A DNA stretch of 64,000 bases, from the NCBI RefSeq assembly GCF_018350175.1, contig NC_058375.1, positions 26,660,001 through 26,724,000 on the forward strand, in the 5' to 3' direction. The stretch's first letter is position 1, and every line of letters starts with the position of its first letter. The position numbers and the translations under genes are program-made. Positions 23,651-36,755 of the stretch are shown one piece after another. Source of the stretch: Felis catus. Taxonomy: Eukaryota. The notes under the pieces are model-generated. The model was not told the origin of the DNA. It saw nothing but the letters and a program-made list of their open reading frames with translations, and searched no databases.

Positions 23651-24211
23651 ATTAAAAATAAAAATAGAGAATAAAACCAGCAGTGTGGGACATGATCACC
23701 TAAGAAAAGAGCAATGGAACAGAGATGCAAAGCCCTGGGGAACATGGACATTTCATGAGTGGATGGAGACAATGCAGCCCCAGAGGCATCTAAGCCACAG
23801 AGGAAGAGGAAGAAAACCAGGGGAGAGTCACCTAAAGGCAGAGAGAAGACAGAAGGGTCTCAAGAAGGAATGAGCAACTGACATGGAAAATACAGCCAGT
23901 TGAGAATTAAAGGTGTCTACTGATTTGGCAATATGGAAGCCTCGGGAGACCAGGGCAAGAGCCAGTTTGATGGAGCATGGAGGCTGAGGCAGATGGCAGG
24001 AGGTTGTCAGGAGGTGGAGAAAACTAGGCAAGGCAATTCTTTCAAAAAGGTTAGTTGAGAAACGAGGAAGAGAGAAAACAGTATACCTTTAAGGGAGCGA
24101 TATTTTGGCTATTTGTCAATTGTATCTCAATAAAGCCGGGGGAGGGGAAGAGAGGGATATTTTGTCTAGAATGGTTCTCCCATGCCATATCTTGACAGGA
24201 GAGAACCTACA

Positions 24212-24973
24212 GGGGAAGCAGCATAATGGTCAAAGAGGTCCACGTCCTAGCTCCTGGAACCTCTGAATAGGTTACCTTCCGTGGCAAAAGGGACTTTGCA
24301 GATATGGTTATATTAAGTATCTTGAGATGAGGAGAAAAGTCTGGATCATCCTGGTGTGTCCAATTTAATCACAAAGGTCCTTATAAGCGAAAGAGGGAGA
24401 CTGGAAAGTCAGAACCAAAGGAGATGGGATGACAGGATCAAGGCTGGATGATGTGATGTGGGGACTCAACCTGCCATTGTGGCTCTGAAGACAGAAGTGG
24501 GCTACAAGGCAAGGAATGTGGATAACCTCTATAAACCAGGAAAAAGTGACACAATGGATTCTTCCCAGAGCCTCCAGGAGTCCTGCCAATACCTTGATTT
24601 TAGCCCAGTGAAACACAGTTCAGACTTCTGACCCCTAGAAAAGTAATATAATAAAAATGTATTGGGGCACCTGGGTGGCTCAGTTGGTTAACTGTCCAAC
24701 TCTTGATTTTGGCTCAGGTCATGATCTCACCATTCATGAGTCTGAGCCCTACATTGGGCTCTGCCAACGCTTCTCCCAAGCGAGAAGCCTGCTTGGGATT
24801 CTCTGCCACCCTCTCTCTCTGCCCCTCCCTCCTACTCACATGCATGTTCTCTAAATAAATAAATAAGTAAATAAGTAAATAAATAAATAAATACTTTAAA
24901 AAATGTTTAATGTATTCTTCAATGCTGCTAAATCTGTGATAATTGATTATAGCAGCAATAGGAAACTAACACA
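24212..24973 (+). mobile_element. MaLR LTR (MLT1D-like), split by a SINE
   Basis: gtccacgtcctag..ggcaaaagggactttgcagat at the 5' end and gcagcaataggaaactaacaca at the 3' end. Confidence 0.75.
24664..24900 (+). mobile_element. Can-SINE inside MLT1
   Basis: ggggcacctgggtggctcag head, (TAAA)n tail, aaaaatgt flanks. Confidence 0.9.
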
Positions 24974-25217
24974 ACCTGTAAAGAAAAACTGATTGGAGAG
25001 GAAAGAGGCAGTAGTCAAAGGACCAAACATAAGGGCAATAAATAATAACTAACATGCTTTGAGCACTTAGTGTGTGCTAGACTTAGCATTTTGCATAAAA
25101 ACATGCTAAGTCCTCAAAAACAGTCCCACGATAAGAGTGTCAGTATCATCCCTACTTACAGATGAGAATACTGAGGCTTAAAGAGAACAAGTGGCCTCTT
25201 AAGATTAGACCGTTATC

Positions 25218-25432
25218 GGGGCACCTGTGTGGCTCAGCCAGTTGAGTGCCCAACTTTGGCTCAGGTCATGATCTCACAGTTTGTGAGTTCAAGCCCTGCA
25301 TTGGGCTCTGTGCTGACAGCTCAGAACCTGGAACCTGCTTCAGATTCTGTGTCTCCCTCTCTCTCTCTGCCCCTTCTCCCACTCATGCTCTGTCTCCATC
25401 TCTCTCTAAAAAATAAATAAACATAAAAAAAA
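25218..25432 (+). mobile_element. Can-SINE
   Basis: ggggcacctgtgtggctcag head, CT tract and A tail. Confidence 0.9.
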
Positions 25433-25443
25433 TTGGGGGGAGG

Positions 25444-25574
25444 AGGGTGCCTGGGTGGCTCAGTCAGTGAAGCATCTGACTTCAGCTTAGGTCATGATCT
25501 CACGGTTCATGGGTTCGAGCCCTGCATCAGGCTCTGTGCTGACAGCTCAGAGCCTGGAGCCTGTTTCAGATTCT

Positions 25575-25634
<60 letters not shown>

Positions 25635-25670
25635 CTTTCTCAAATAAATGAACACTAAAAAATTTTTTTT
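25444..25670 (+). mobile_element. Can-SINE with long (CT)n
   Basis: gggtgcctgggtggctcagtcagtg head and extended (CT)n. Confidence 0.9.
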
Positions 25671-25679
25671 TAAATTTTC

Positions 25680-26623
25680 CCATAAACATATGGGCAACTA
25701 ATCTTTGACAAAGTAGGAAAGAATATCCAATGGAATAAAGACAGTCTCTTCAGCAAGTGGTGCCGGGAGAACTGGACAGCGACATGCAGAAAAATGAACC
25801 TGGACCACTTTCTTACACCAGACACAAAAATAAACTCAAAATGGATGAAAAACCTAAATATTTGTAAGACAGGAAGCCATCAAAATCCTCAAGGAGAAAG
25901 CAGGCAAAAACCTCTTTGACCTTGGCCGCAGCAACTTCTTACTCAACATGTCTCCAGAGGCAAGGGATACAAAAGCAAAAATGAACTATTGGGACCTCAT
26001 CAAAATAAAAAGCTTCTGCACAGCAAAGGAAACAATCAGCAAAGCTAAAAGGCAACCAACAGAATGGGAGAAGATATTTGCAAACGACATATCAGATAAA
26101 GGGTTAGTATCCAAAATCTACAAAGAACTTATCAAACTCAACACCCAAAAAACAAATNNNNNNNNNNNNNNNNNNNNNNNNNNNNNNNNNNNNNNNNNNN
26201 NNNNNNNNNNNNNNNNNNNNNNNNNNNNNNNNNNNNNNNNNNNNNNNNNNNNNNNNNNNNNNNNNNNNNNNNNNNNNNNNNNNNNNNNNNNNNNNNNNNN
26301 NNNNNNNNNNNNNNNNNCTAACATTAACAACTCAGGCAACAACAGATGTTGGCGAGGATGCGGAGAAAGAGGATCTCTTTTGCACTTCTGGTGGGAATGC
26401 AAGCTGGTGTAGCCACTCTAGAAAACAGTATGGAGGTTCCTCAAAAAATTAAAAATAGAACTACCCTACAATTGCTCTACTAGGTATTTATCTAAGGGAT
26501 ACAGCTATGCTGTTTCGAAGGGGCACATGCACCCCAATGTTTCCAGCAGTGCTATCGACAATAGCCAAAGTATGGAAAGAGCCCAAATGTCCATCGACGG
26601 ATGAATATATACCAAGAAGATGT

Positions 26624-26679
<56 letters not shown>

Positions 26680-27050
26680 GGAATATTACTCAGCAGTCAA
26701 AAAGAATGAACTCTTCCCATTTGCAACTACATGGATGGAACTGGAGGGTATTATGCTAAGCGAAATTAGTCAGAGAAAGACAAATATCCTATGACTTCAC
26801 TCATATGAGGACTTTAAGACATAAAGCAGATGAACACAAGGGAAGGGGAGCAAAAATATAAAAACAGGGAGGGGGAAAAACAGAAGAGACTCTTAAATAT
26901 GGAGAACAAACAGAGGTTACTGGAGGGGTTGTGGGAGGGGGGATGGGCTAAATGAGTAAGAGGCATTAAGGAATCTACTCCTGAAATCATTGTTGCACTA
27001 TATGCTAACTAACTTGAATGTAAATTAAAAAATAAATAAAAATTCAAAAA
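25680..27050 (+). mobile_element. 5'-truncated carnivore/felid L1 (ORF2 C-terminus, 3' UTR and A tail), decayed
   Basis: Translates to the L1 ORF2 C-terminus (KMNYWDLIKIKSFCTAKETISKAKRQPTEWEKIFANDISDKGLVSKIYKEL), with indels, a G-rich 3' UTR and an A-rich tail. Confidence 0.93.
26626..26677. repeat. (TA)n microsatellite within L1
   Basis: About 26 TA units. Confidence 0.95.
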
Positions 27051-27359
27051 AAAATTTTTAAAGATCAAAAACAATTTTTAGTACAGTCTGGTCGTGGAGA
27101 CCAGCTCTTACAACAGTACACTCCATTGCCTCCCCAGGATTGTGGGAGAGGGGCAGCTTTAATCAGGAAGAGGAGTGCCCTAACCTCAGGCAGGACTGAC
27201 GGCAGAGGAGGGGAGGGATGCAAATAGGTGGGGGTCGGTCCAGAAGTGGAGAGAGGTCCCACAGATGACCCCAATCATTACAATGAAGTGAGTGGGCTGG
27301 ATATTTGGGGGCGGGGGGGCGGGGGAAGAAATGTGAATGAGCAGCTTTAGGGGGACGCG

Positions 27360-27545
27360 GCCCAGCAAAGTGGTTAAGTGCATGCTCCCTGGAGCCAGAC
27401 TGCCTGGATCCAAAACTCAGCTCTACAGCTTGTGCCTCAGTTTCCTTGTCTATCAATGAGAATGATCACAGGATTCTCGTGAGATAATATATGTAAAGAA
27501 CTTAGAACAGCACCTGGCCTACCCATTGTAAGTGTTAGCTATTGT
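27360..27545 (+). mobile_element. MIR
   Basis: ctggagccagactgcctggatcc..gtgcctcagtttcctt..gtgttagctatt. Confidence 0.75.
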
Positions 27546-27806
27546 ATGGAGAGGCAGGGAGGTTTATAGCTCTCACTGAAAAGAAAGGGAGCTAGACAAA
27601 TACAATAGTGGGAATGTAGCACTGAGAACCCAGTGAGGGATTGTAGTTATTAATTATTGTGATTGCTGCTGATCACTTCCATCTGTTCTCACAGGGCATT
27701 CTGAATAAAACCTCTTTTGTACTCCAAAGCACATTGTATTATAGTTAGTTATTTGCATTTCTGTCTCCCTTATAAATAGAGCCATTCCTCACATAAACGT
27801 TGGCTG

Positions 27807-27855
27807 AGTGGTTGGTTGGTTGGTTGGTTGGTTGGTGGATGGGTCGGCTGGTTGG
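27807..27855. repeat. (TGGT)n simple repeat
   Basis: ggttggttggttggttgg run. Confidence 0.8.
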
Positions 27856-27865
27856 AAGGAAGGAT

Positions 27866-28352
27866 GGTAGAGACCACTAATCATCCCCCAATATCCATCC
27901 TCCCTTTCTTCCTTAGTAATAGAATACCACAGTTTTAAGCTGGACACATGGCCACTTTGAATAACGATTCTCTTACCAGTCTCCCTTGCAGCTAGGGATA
28001 GCCATATAGCTAAGGTCTAGCTCACAGGATATAAGCAGAAGGGGTATGTGCAACTCCCAGGAAATGTTCTTAAAAGGAAAATGTACCCTTCTTTGTTCCT
28101 TCCTCCTCCCTGCTGACTGGAATGCAGATGTGATGGCTGGACTCAAGCAGCCATCTGGGAATATGAGATGGAAGCCAAGTGCTAAGGATGGAGAAGTAAT
28201 GAGATAGAAGAAGCCTGGGTCCCGACACTGCACAGCACCTACCAGCTCTCAACCTAATCTCTCTAGACTTCTTGTAAGCAAGAGGGAAATAAACTTCTGT
28301 CATACTGGGGGTTTTCTGGAACTTACAACCAAACCTAATCCTAACTCTAACA
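27866..28352 (+). mobile_element. MaLR LTR (MLT1J-like)
   Basis: ccatcctccctttcttccttagtaatagaa..ctcccttgcagctagg..aacctaatcctaactctaaca. Confidence 0.7.
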
Positions 28353-28514
28353 GATGAATTTTCAGTCCAGGGCTTATGTCCCTACTTAATTCTGTTCTTG
28401 GCAGTATTTGCTGTGGTCTCACCAATAGCTGTAAACACAGGATATAAACTGGCTTCAGTTGTGAATCATCACTACTTCTTAACAATGCCTGTCACAATAT
28501 TTTCTCCCCAAGCT

Positions 28515-28571
28515 TTTTTTTTTTTTACACTTTATTTTTGAGAGAAAGAGACAGAGCACAAGTGGGGGAAG

Positions 28572-28621
<50 letters not shown>

Positions 28622-28745
28622 CTGAAGCAGGCTCCAGGCTCTGAGCTGTCAGCACAGAGCCTGATGCGGGGCTCGAACCCACAAACCGCAAGATCATGAC
28701 CTGAGCCAAAGTCAGACAATTAACTAACTGAGCCACCCAGGCGCC
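28515..28745 (-). mobile_element. Can-SINE
   Basis: Reverse SINE with (GA)n; tctcc(c)caagcttttt on both flanks. Confidence 0.92.
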
Positions 28746-29470
28746 CATCTCTCCAAGCTTTTTAACAAGGTTGAGGAAGCCTCCCCCCTCGAGCTCTTTG
28801 GGGTGACAATGATCACATTCCTGATGATTCTGGAAGTTGTTACATGGTTACTTCAGGGAGACATTTCTACTGTGATTCTCTAAGGGATAACACAAAGGGC
28901 TCTGGGAAGAAACTGGTTTATCCCAAGAGACACAGCGTCCAAGGAATGCTCAGCATTCAGGAGTCGTCAAGAGGTTTTGCCAGGAGTATTTGGCAGAAGG
29001 CTGGCGGGGGTGTAAGGAGGGAACTGGGCAGGGAGGGGGAAGGGCAGTGACATTTCAGCAAGGTACACCTATTGTACTGGCTCCCTCTCTGAGAAAGCAG
29101 CTAAAGGCTTATATATATCATCAATCAGGGGCCTTGAGTCCACCACCCCAGCCTGGGGACTAAGACAGTAACAGGTGGGGCCAGGGTAGGAGATTTAAGA
29201 AGAGCAGTGGCCGCATCCACATCCAGGGCTTGTGGTCAATCAGCAGTGCATTGCTTTCGCATGACTGCTCTGGGAGTACAAATTCATGAGGATGGAAACT
29301 TCCTTCCCAGGGCTCAGGGGCTTCTATTCTTTCAGTACATGCCATTCCCAAGGCCCCAAAGTCAGAAATTACCATGATGCTAAGGAAAGGGTGGGGTGGG
29401 GTGGGGAGGGGGCTGCCTTCCTCCCATAGAGTTCTCCAGGTGGCCCTGTTTGGGCACAGCTGGGTATAAG

Positions 29471-29670
29471 TAGGGTTGTTAGATAAAATACAGGAGCCCC
29501 TGTTGAATTTGAATTTCAGATAAGTAACAGGTAATTTTTTAGTATATCTCATGCAATTTGGGGGGACTCCATATACTAAAACCTCTTCATCGTTTATCTG
29601 ACAACCAGACTTAACTGAGCATTCTGGTGTTTTTTGTTTATTTTGTTTTCTTTTTGCTAAATCTGGAATT
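29471..29670. mobile_element. MER3-like hAT MITE
   Basis: tagggttgttagataaaatacagg..aatttgaatttcagataa..tttgctaaatctgg, with inverted-repeat character. Confidence 0.75.
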
Positions 29671-29819
29671 TAAGACAAGCTCTTAATAGGAAGGATCTAC
29701 TGGTAAAAGATAGGAGGGGATTCCCATAGAGTTTGAAGCAAAACTCATATGGTTTCTATGTTCTTAAAGGGCCCCAGGAATAGTCTTCTAACATTTAGCA
29801 AGGTCATGTGATACATTCT

Positions 29820-30012
29820 TTTTTTACGTTTATTTTTATTTTTGAGACAGAGCATGAGTAGGGGAGGGGCAGAGAGAGAAGGAGACAAAGGGTCCGAAGA
29901 AGGTTCTGTGTGCTGACATCAGCGAGCCCATTATGGGGCTCAAACTCATGAACTATGAGATCAAGACCTGAGCTGAAGTCAGACACTTACCCAAATGAGC
30001 CACCCAGGCATC
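29820..30012 (-). mobile_element. Can-SINE (older)
   Basis: Reverse SINE ending gagccacccaggcatccc. Confidence 0.9.
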
Positions 30013-30024
30013 CCTGTGCATTCT

Positions 30025-30237
30025 TTTTTTTTTTTTTTAACGTTTATTCATTTTTAAGACAGAGAGACAGAGTGTAAGTGGGGGAGGGGCAGAGAGAGAG
30101 AGAGACACAGAATCCGAAGCAGGCTCCAGGCTCTGAGCTGTTAGCACGGAGCCCGACGCGGGGCTCGAACCCACGAACCGTGAGATCGTGACCTGAGCTG
30201 AAGTCAGGCACTTAACCGCCTGAGCCACCCAGGCGCC
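30025..30237 (-). mobile_element. Can-SINE (younger, CpG-rich)
   Basis: Reverse SINE; tgcattcttt at 30017-30026 and 30244-30253. Confidence 0.93.
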
Positions 30238-32435
30238 CTCCCATGCATTCTTTTATCCTGGCCCAGAGTATGCTGGGTCTGGGTAGACAGGTGCTGTAGG
30301 ATGCCCTAAAACAGCCCTGGTAACTGTTTCTTAAGTATGCTCCCTCCCACCACAGGGACTTAGCACATACTGTTCCTTCTGCCTAGAACACTCTTATCTC
30401 CCACTTCCACCTAGTTAAACTGTATTAACCATTCATCGAGATCTCTACCCAAGTGTCACTTCCTCAGGAAAGCCACGCCAAACCCTGACCAGGTCAAAGC
30501 CCCCTACGATACACTCTCAACTGTGCACATACCTCTCCTTTGTGGCACCACCACAGCTGTACTTCTACATCATTTATGAGCTACTCAGATTTAACATGGC
30601 AGTATGCTTCACAGGGCAGGGGCTGTCTGGTTCCACTTACCTTTGTATCCTCAGTGCCCAGCATAGTACTTGACAAATAATAGGGGTCTAATAAATATCT
30701 GTGGACAAATGAATCTTAGTTGGGGGTGCAGCGGAGATGGAACTGAAGAAGCACCCACAGCCACCCATCCCTGTGTAGTTCTAAGCCAAGGCACCACAGT
30801 TATGGGCAACTGGAAAAACCCACCGGCAACAGGTCTAAGGGGCAATAAATCTGAACTCTTCACCCAACAGGTTGGCAGGGAACACACTGAAAGGCAGAAG
30901 AGGAGAGACCTTTCCTTTCTGGCAATTTCTAAAACCAACGGGCAGAGAGAGATGACAGATACCGGGGCCAGTGAGACAGGAGTAAGAACAAGAGAGTCCA
31001 AGAAAATGGGGCGGCAGCAGGTGGGGGCTCCTGGATGTCTGCCTGGAAAGGCTGCTGGTAGTCATGGCTCGCTTTTATGTACCATTTGGGGCATGGTGTG
31101 TGGTAAGTCAGACTTAAAGTGCCAGGGACATAAGGGACACAAAGGACAGTGCAGGTGGATAACTAAGGATGCCTGCAGCAGACAAGCAAGGGAGCCTGGC
31201 CAGAGAGATGCGCCAGATTTCTTCTCTCCCCACCTGTCACCCCCTTGGATTCCCAGCATGATCACCTGTCCCGGGCAATTCAGCTCTTTAGACATTTATC
31301 CAACACCTTCTCCCCCTCACCAGCTCACCCCACCAAGACCCCACGAATACCTACACAAGAGCAAGAAAGACCTCCCCTCAGCCTGTCCCTGTCCTTCCAT
31401 GACTTTGCTCCAAAATGCTTCTCAAATTGGTCCGCTTCTCTCCGTATCTACTGCTATCAGCCTAGTCCAGACAACTGATCAATACGGCAGACTGAACTAA
31501 CTTGAAAAGCTCCCACTCACACACACACTGAAACACAGAGAAACACTGGATAAAATAAAGTCAAACGGTGTTTCTGCTATAGTGCCAAGCTTGAAAATAG
31601 AAAGAGAGAAATCATCAGGTACTAGAGACAAAAAGGAAATTCAAAACCTAAGAAGTGAGAGGGAATCTAAGCCAAGTGAGCCACAGGAAGAGTGGGCCAG
31701 ACATATGCTAGAGGCTAGATGGTAATGCTCAGGGAGGAAGAGAGGAAAGCCCCCAAACCCGTGCATCCTGGGGAGCTGGAAGGAGACCCCATGTACAAAG
31801 CCAGCAGCCACGAAGGGTCATTTTACTTACAAACGTGGACTAGAAAATGCAGGTCATGCTTCAGAAATGTGGCCCGGAAGTCCGTTTTGTGTGTGGGTAT
31901 GAGTTACAGTGAGTGCTAGCACTGAAATCCAGAAACCTCAAGAAGGGACATGGACTCTAAAACTGGTCCCAAGCTGAAGCAGTACTTCAGCACAGAAAAC
32001 ACTGAACGCATGAGGACGGAGTGGGCAGTAACAAGTAATAGTGAACATGTAAGTTGGTCTATAATATGCTTGTAAATCTAAACTATTAGACCATGAAAGA
32101 TATAAGAACAGCTGCTTTAGCGGAGTTTTTTTTTAAGGAGGTATAGTCAAAATACTAGACAAATACAACATGGAAGATGGGAAGAGGGAGTTAAGAAGGA
32201 AATTAAGGTGTTCCAAGCTTCTTGGTGTTTGCCCATGAAGGGTAGAAATACTCACTGGTTTTAGACTTCAGTAGAAAAATATGAAACTAAGTATATTTGC
32301 TAAACATTTGAGGAAAATCACTACTAAAATGTAAACTTCCAAAGCAGTAGAAGGAAAAAAGAAATAAAGTAAATTTGATCAGTTCAATAGAAGGCAGAGA
32401 AGTAGGAGAGGAGGAAAGCAAAGAAAAAGCATGAC

Positions 32436-32540
32436 GGGGTGCCTAGCTGGCTTAGTCAGTACAGCACGTGACTCTTGATCTCAGGGTCATGAGTTCAAGT
32501 CCCATGTGGGGCATAGAGCTTACTTTAAAAAAGAAAAAAG
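32436..32540 (+). mobile_element. Short tRNA-derived SINE
   Basis: ggggtgcctagctggcttagtcag..gagttcaagtccca. Confidence 0.7.
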
Positions 32541-32605
32541 GGGGGGGTGTAGAAAAGGCATTGTTAAAGAGATAATAAAAAGAAGTCCAAATAAATGAGT
32601 AATCA

Positions 32606-32612
32606 ATATATA

Positions 32613-32653
<41 letters not shown>

Positions 32654-32655
32654 AT
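32606..32655. repeat. (TA)n/(TATG)n simple repeat
   Basis: tatatatatgtatatgtatatg run. Confidence 0.85.
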
Positions 32656-33603
32656 AGAAATAGACTAAATACATCTACTAAATTTTAGCCCCACACTGCT
32701 TACAAGCAACAGATCTAAAAAGGATATAAGGAGGTTGAAAATCAAAGTATGAAAAAGGAGATTTTGGAAAATTAACCAAAAGAAAACAACCATAATGATA
32801 AAATCAGGCAAAATAGACGTCAAGGCAAAAAAACTTAGTGAGGATGATCAGCAGCCTATTTAATGATCAAAGGGGCAACCCACCAAGAAGACATAACAAT
32901 CATAAGCCTGAATACTTCTAAGTAGCACTCTCAAACTGAAGAAAAAACTAATAAAAGTACCAGGGAAAATGACACATCCACAATCATGGTGAGACATTTT
33001 TAATACAACTCTCTCAGAACTGGCTAAAAAATGTAAACAAAAATCAAAGCCAAACATTTGAAAAATATAATTTAGAAGTCTGACCATTTATATAATAAAT
33101 GTATATATGAGAGAGGAAGTCTCAACAAATTTTAAGGAATAAAAAATATACTGAATGCATACTATTACCACATGCAGCAAATTTAGAAATTAGTAGTGGA
33201 AAGATAGCTCCCCACCACCCCCCACAAAATAATTTGGAAACTAAAACAAAACAAAACAAAAACTTGTAAATAATTCATGGAATTCACAGGTGAAAAATGA
33301 AATTAGGATAAAAGTTACAAACTATTTAGAACTGAACAATAAAAATACTGCATCTCAAAATTCATGAAATACAGTTATAGCAGTATATCTAAAAGGAAAA
33401 TTTATAGCCTTAAAAACACACATTAGAAAATAAATAGTGTTCAGGAAACTGTAAAAAAGACACAGAAGATAGGAAAAAGAAAAATAATAACACAAAAGTA
33501 AAAAAAAAAAAAAAAAGGAAACATTAAAGATAAAAAAGAAAGAATAGAGAGGCTAATGACCCCAAAGCTAGTTTTCTTAAAGACTGATAAAATATAACTT
33601 TAA

Positions 33604-33775
33604 GGGGCACCTGGGTGACTCAGCTGGTTAAGCGTCTGGCTCTTGGTTTCAGCTCAGGTCATGATCTCCCGGTTTGTGAGTTTGAGCCCCACATCGTGCT
33701 CGGGATTCTCTCTCTCTTCCTCTCTCTCTCTGCGCCCCCCCCAAAATAAATAAATAACTTCTTCTAAAAATATAT
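33604..33775 (+). mobile_element. Can-SINE (internally shortened)
   Basis: ggggcacctgggtgactcagctgg head, CT tract and aaaataaataaa tail. Confidence 0.85.
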
Positions 33776-33972
33776 ATATCTTTAAAATATATTAAAATGA
33801 TAAACCAGACAAACCTCAGACAACATTGATCCAGAAATAGAGATTGGACATACATATATGGTATTAGGAATGAAAAGAAGGGGCATAAGCTACAGATACA
33901 ATAAAAACTTATAAAATTATAATACTATGACAAAGAATATTTGTGCCAAAAATGTTTTAAAACTGTCATTTT

Positions 33973-34185
33973 GGGGTGCCTGGGTGGCTCAGTTGGTTAA
34001 GCATCCAACTTCAGCTCAGGTCATGATCTCACAGCTTGTGGGTTCAAGCCCCATGTCAGGCTCTGTGCTGACAGTTCGGAGACTGGAGCCTGCTTCCGAT
34101 TCTGTATCCCTATCTCTCTGCCCCTCCCCCACTCATGCTCTGTTTCTCTCTCTCTCAAAAATAAATGTTATAAAAATTTTTTTTA
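33973..34185 (+). mobile_element. Can-SINE
   Basis: ggggtgcctgggtggctcag head; aaactgtcatttt on both flanks. Confidence 0.92.
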
Positions 34186-34558
34186 AACTGTCATTTTTTT
34201 TTTTGTATAATGGCCCATTTCTTAGAAAAATATAAATCACCAGAACTGACTCAAGAAGAAAAAGAAAACCTGAATAGGTCAATAACCATGAAAGAAACTA
34301 AAGCTGTAGTTCAAAAAGTTTCTCCTAGCCCCAAAGGCATCAGGTCTAGATAGTTTTATGGGCAACTTTTACCAAAACGTTAAGAAATAGACAATTCCTA
34401 CTTTACACAAATTGTTCCAAAGAACAGAAACACAGATAAGGCTTCCAAACTCATTTTAGGACTCCAGCATAACCTAAATGCCTGAACTGAATAACAACAA
34501 TAAAGCAAAACCGTCATCTAATATCACTTATGAACACAGATATAAAAATCTTAAAGTA

Positions 34559-34742
34559 GGGGCACCTGGGTGGCTCAGTCAGTTGAGCATCCAAGTTCAT
34601 CTCATGGTTCATGAGTTCGAACCCCGTATCTCGCTCGCTGCTGTCAGCACAGAGCCCACTTCAGATCCTCTGTCCCCCCTCTCTGCCCCTACCCCACTCA
34701 CACACTCTCTCTCTCTCTCTCAAAAATAAACCCCAAAAACAT
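34559..34742 (+). mobile_element. Can-SINE
   Basis: Head gggcacctgggtggctcag; TSD atcttaaagtag. Confidence 0.9.
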
Positions 34743-34824
34743 CTTAAAGTAGTAGCTATTCAAAAAGCCAGTAATGTATATAAAAATAATACAGCAAGAC
34801 TGCGACAAAAGCCACTAGAGTTCC

Positions 34825-35455
34825 GTATGTCCATTCTTCTCTTTGTCTTTAGCCAGAAGAACCCTGATTTTCAGCAATGTGCCCTGCTCATTGTACATTG
34901 CTTCCCAACTAAGACTATACATCTCATAGCCTCCCTTGTAGCTAGATGCCACATGATGAGGTACCTGAGCATGTCATATGTAATTTTCAGAAAGTCTTTT
35001 TTACAAGGAAGGACTGTGTCCCTCCTCTCTTCCTCCTCGGTACTTCTCAGAATACAGATAGGACTGGCTGGAGCTTGGGCATCAGCTCCTGGGAAGGAGG
35101 CGATGCACAGAGTGCAAGACCAGCAAGATAGAAAAAGCCTGGATCCTGACACTGCACTTCTACCTCCAGGCCTTTCTTTTTCTAAGTGAAGGAGAAACTC
35201 ACTTAAGATACTATTGAGGTTCCAGGCACCTGAGTGATTCTGTCAGTTCAGCGTCCGACTTTGGCTTAGGTCATGATCTTGCAGTTCACAAGTTCGAGCC
35301 CCGCACTGAACTCTCTGGTCAGCACAGAGCCCACTTTGGATCCTCTCTGTCTCCCTCTCTCTCTGCACCCCCCTCAAAAGAAAACATTAAAAAAATTTTT
35401 TTAAAGATTCTATTGAGGCTCTGCTACTTCCAGCAAAACTTAATCCAAACTGACA
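34825..35455 (+). mobile_element. MaLR LTR (MLT1J/K-like), split by a SINE
   Basis: ccattcttctctttgtctttagccagaagaaccctgattt..cctcccttgtagctag; the tail resumes after the SINE. Confidence 0.55.
35223..35402 (+). mobile_element. Can-SINE
   Basis: caggcacctgagtgattctgtcag head; aagat(a/t)ctattgagg flanks. Confidence 0.85.
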
Positions 35456-36094
35456 ATAGCATCAAGCAGGGTTCATCCCAGGAATGAAATAATGGATCAA
35501 CGTGGAAAATCTATTAATATAATTCACATTACAGATGAAAGGAGAAAATCTACGATCATCCAAGTAGATTCTGAACAAGCATGCAATAAAATTCCAGCTC
35601 ATTTTCTATTTAAAAGGAAATAAAAATGAAACTTCTTAGCCAACTGGGAATAGAAGGGAATTTCCTTAACCTGATAAATAGTATCCACCTAAAACTGTAC
35701 CAAACATCACCTAACTTGTGAGCAGGATTTGAGAAGATAACCACCAATGTCAGGAATGGGACAAGACTGCTACACTCCACAGTGAACTAGAAGTCCTACA
35801 CAATGCATTATTGCAAGAAACAGAAATTAAAAGAATACAGATTTAAAAGAAATATCCTTATTTACGGAAGACATGATCAACTATATAGAAAATCCATCAT
35901 GATTTTCAGACAAACTACGAGTCCTAATAGGAGACAGCAGCTAATCTGCTGAATACAAAAATCAACGTATAAAACTTTATAATCTTCCCGTGCACTGGTA
36001 GTGCCCAATTGGAAAATAAAATAGAAAAAAGAGGTCCTCTATGATGCAAAAGGCTCTATCACCTTTCTTCTGTATCAGGAAACATTCCTGCTTA

Positions 36095-36755
36095 CTAGAC
36101 TCCCCATACTCACTATTATTTCCCTCAAGTTCATTCTCCACTTAGCAGCTAGTGATCTTTTGTAAACATAAATTAGATCCTGTCATGCTTCTTTCACCTT
36201 TTAATGGCTACTCATTAGTTATAATTAAATTCCAGTTCTTTATCATGCCCGTGCTCTGCATGACCTGACCTCTGCCTATTCTCCAATCCACTCCCTCACC
36301 ACTGCCCCATCTCGTTCCACACCAGCCCCAGAACCTTCTTTTGGTTCCTGGTGCATGTCAAACTCTGTCCTGCCCAAGTGCCTTCACATATGCTATTCCC
36401 TCTTCCTGGTACCCTTCCACCAACAATCATCACCTGAGTATTCCCAGTCAATCCTTGAGTTACCCACTTACCCTAAATAAGATCCCTTCTCTCTTAGATT
36501 TTTTCTTTCATATTCCCACCATAACATGTAATAATATCCCATTACATATTACACCATAATGCATGATCATATTTCTTTCTGTGGAGTATTTATTCACTGC
36601 CTTGGTTCCCTTCCAAGCCATAACTTCTGTGAGGGCAAGACTCATGTCTCTGATGTTTCCATGAGCCTTTAATAGGAACAGTCATATAAGAGATGCTCAA
36701 TGAGCATTTTCTGAATGAATGAATGAATGAATGAATGAATGAATGAATGAATGAA
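36095..36755 (+). mobile_element. L2 3' fragment ending in (GAAT)n
   Basis: Pyrimidine-rich L2 text ending gatgctcaatgagcattttctgaatgaatgaat; (GAAT)n at 36712-36755. Confidence 0.65.

Larger units (their letters stand above)
31500..36010 (+). mobile_element. Ancient L1M (L1ME-like) relic, 5' region to ORF2, interrupted by SINEs and an LTR
   Basis: A-rich + strand with L1 ORF2-like remnants (gacaacattgat..gaataggtcaataaccat..gaagggaatttccttaacctgataaa). No intact ORF; boundaries approximate. Confidence 0.65.

Noticed and set aside
30670-31500. 276-aa plus-strand ORF in intron 8
   Set aside because: Non-ATG start inside an L2 tail, with no recognisable domain or exon structure.
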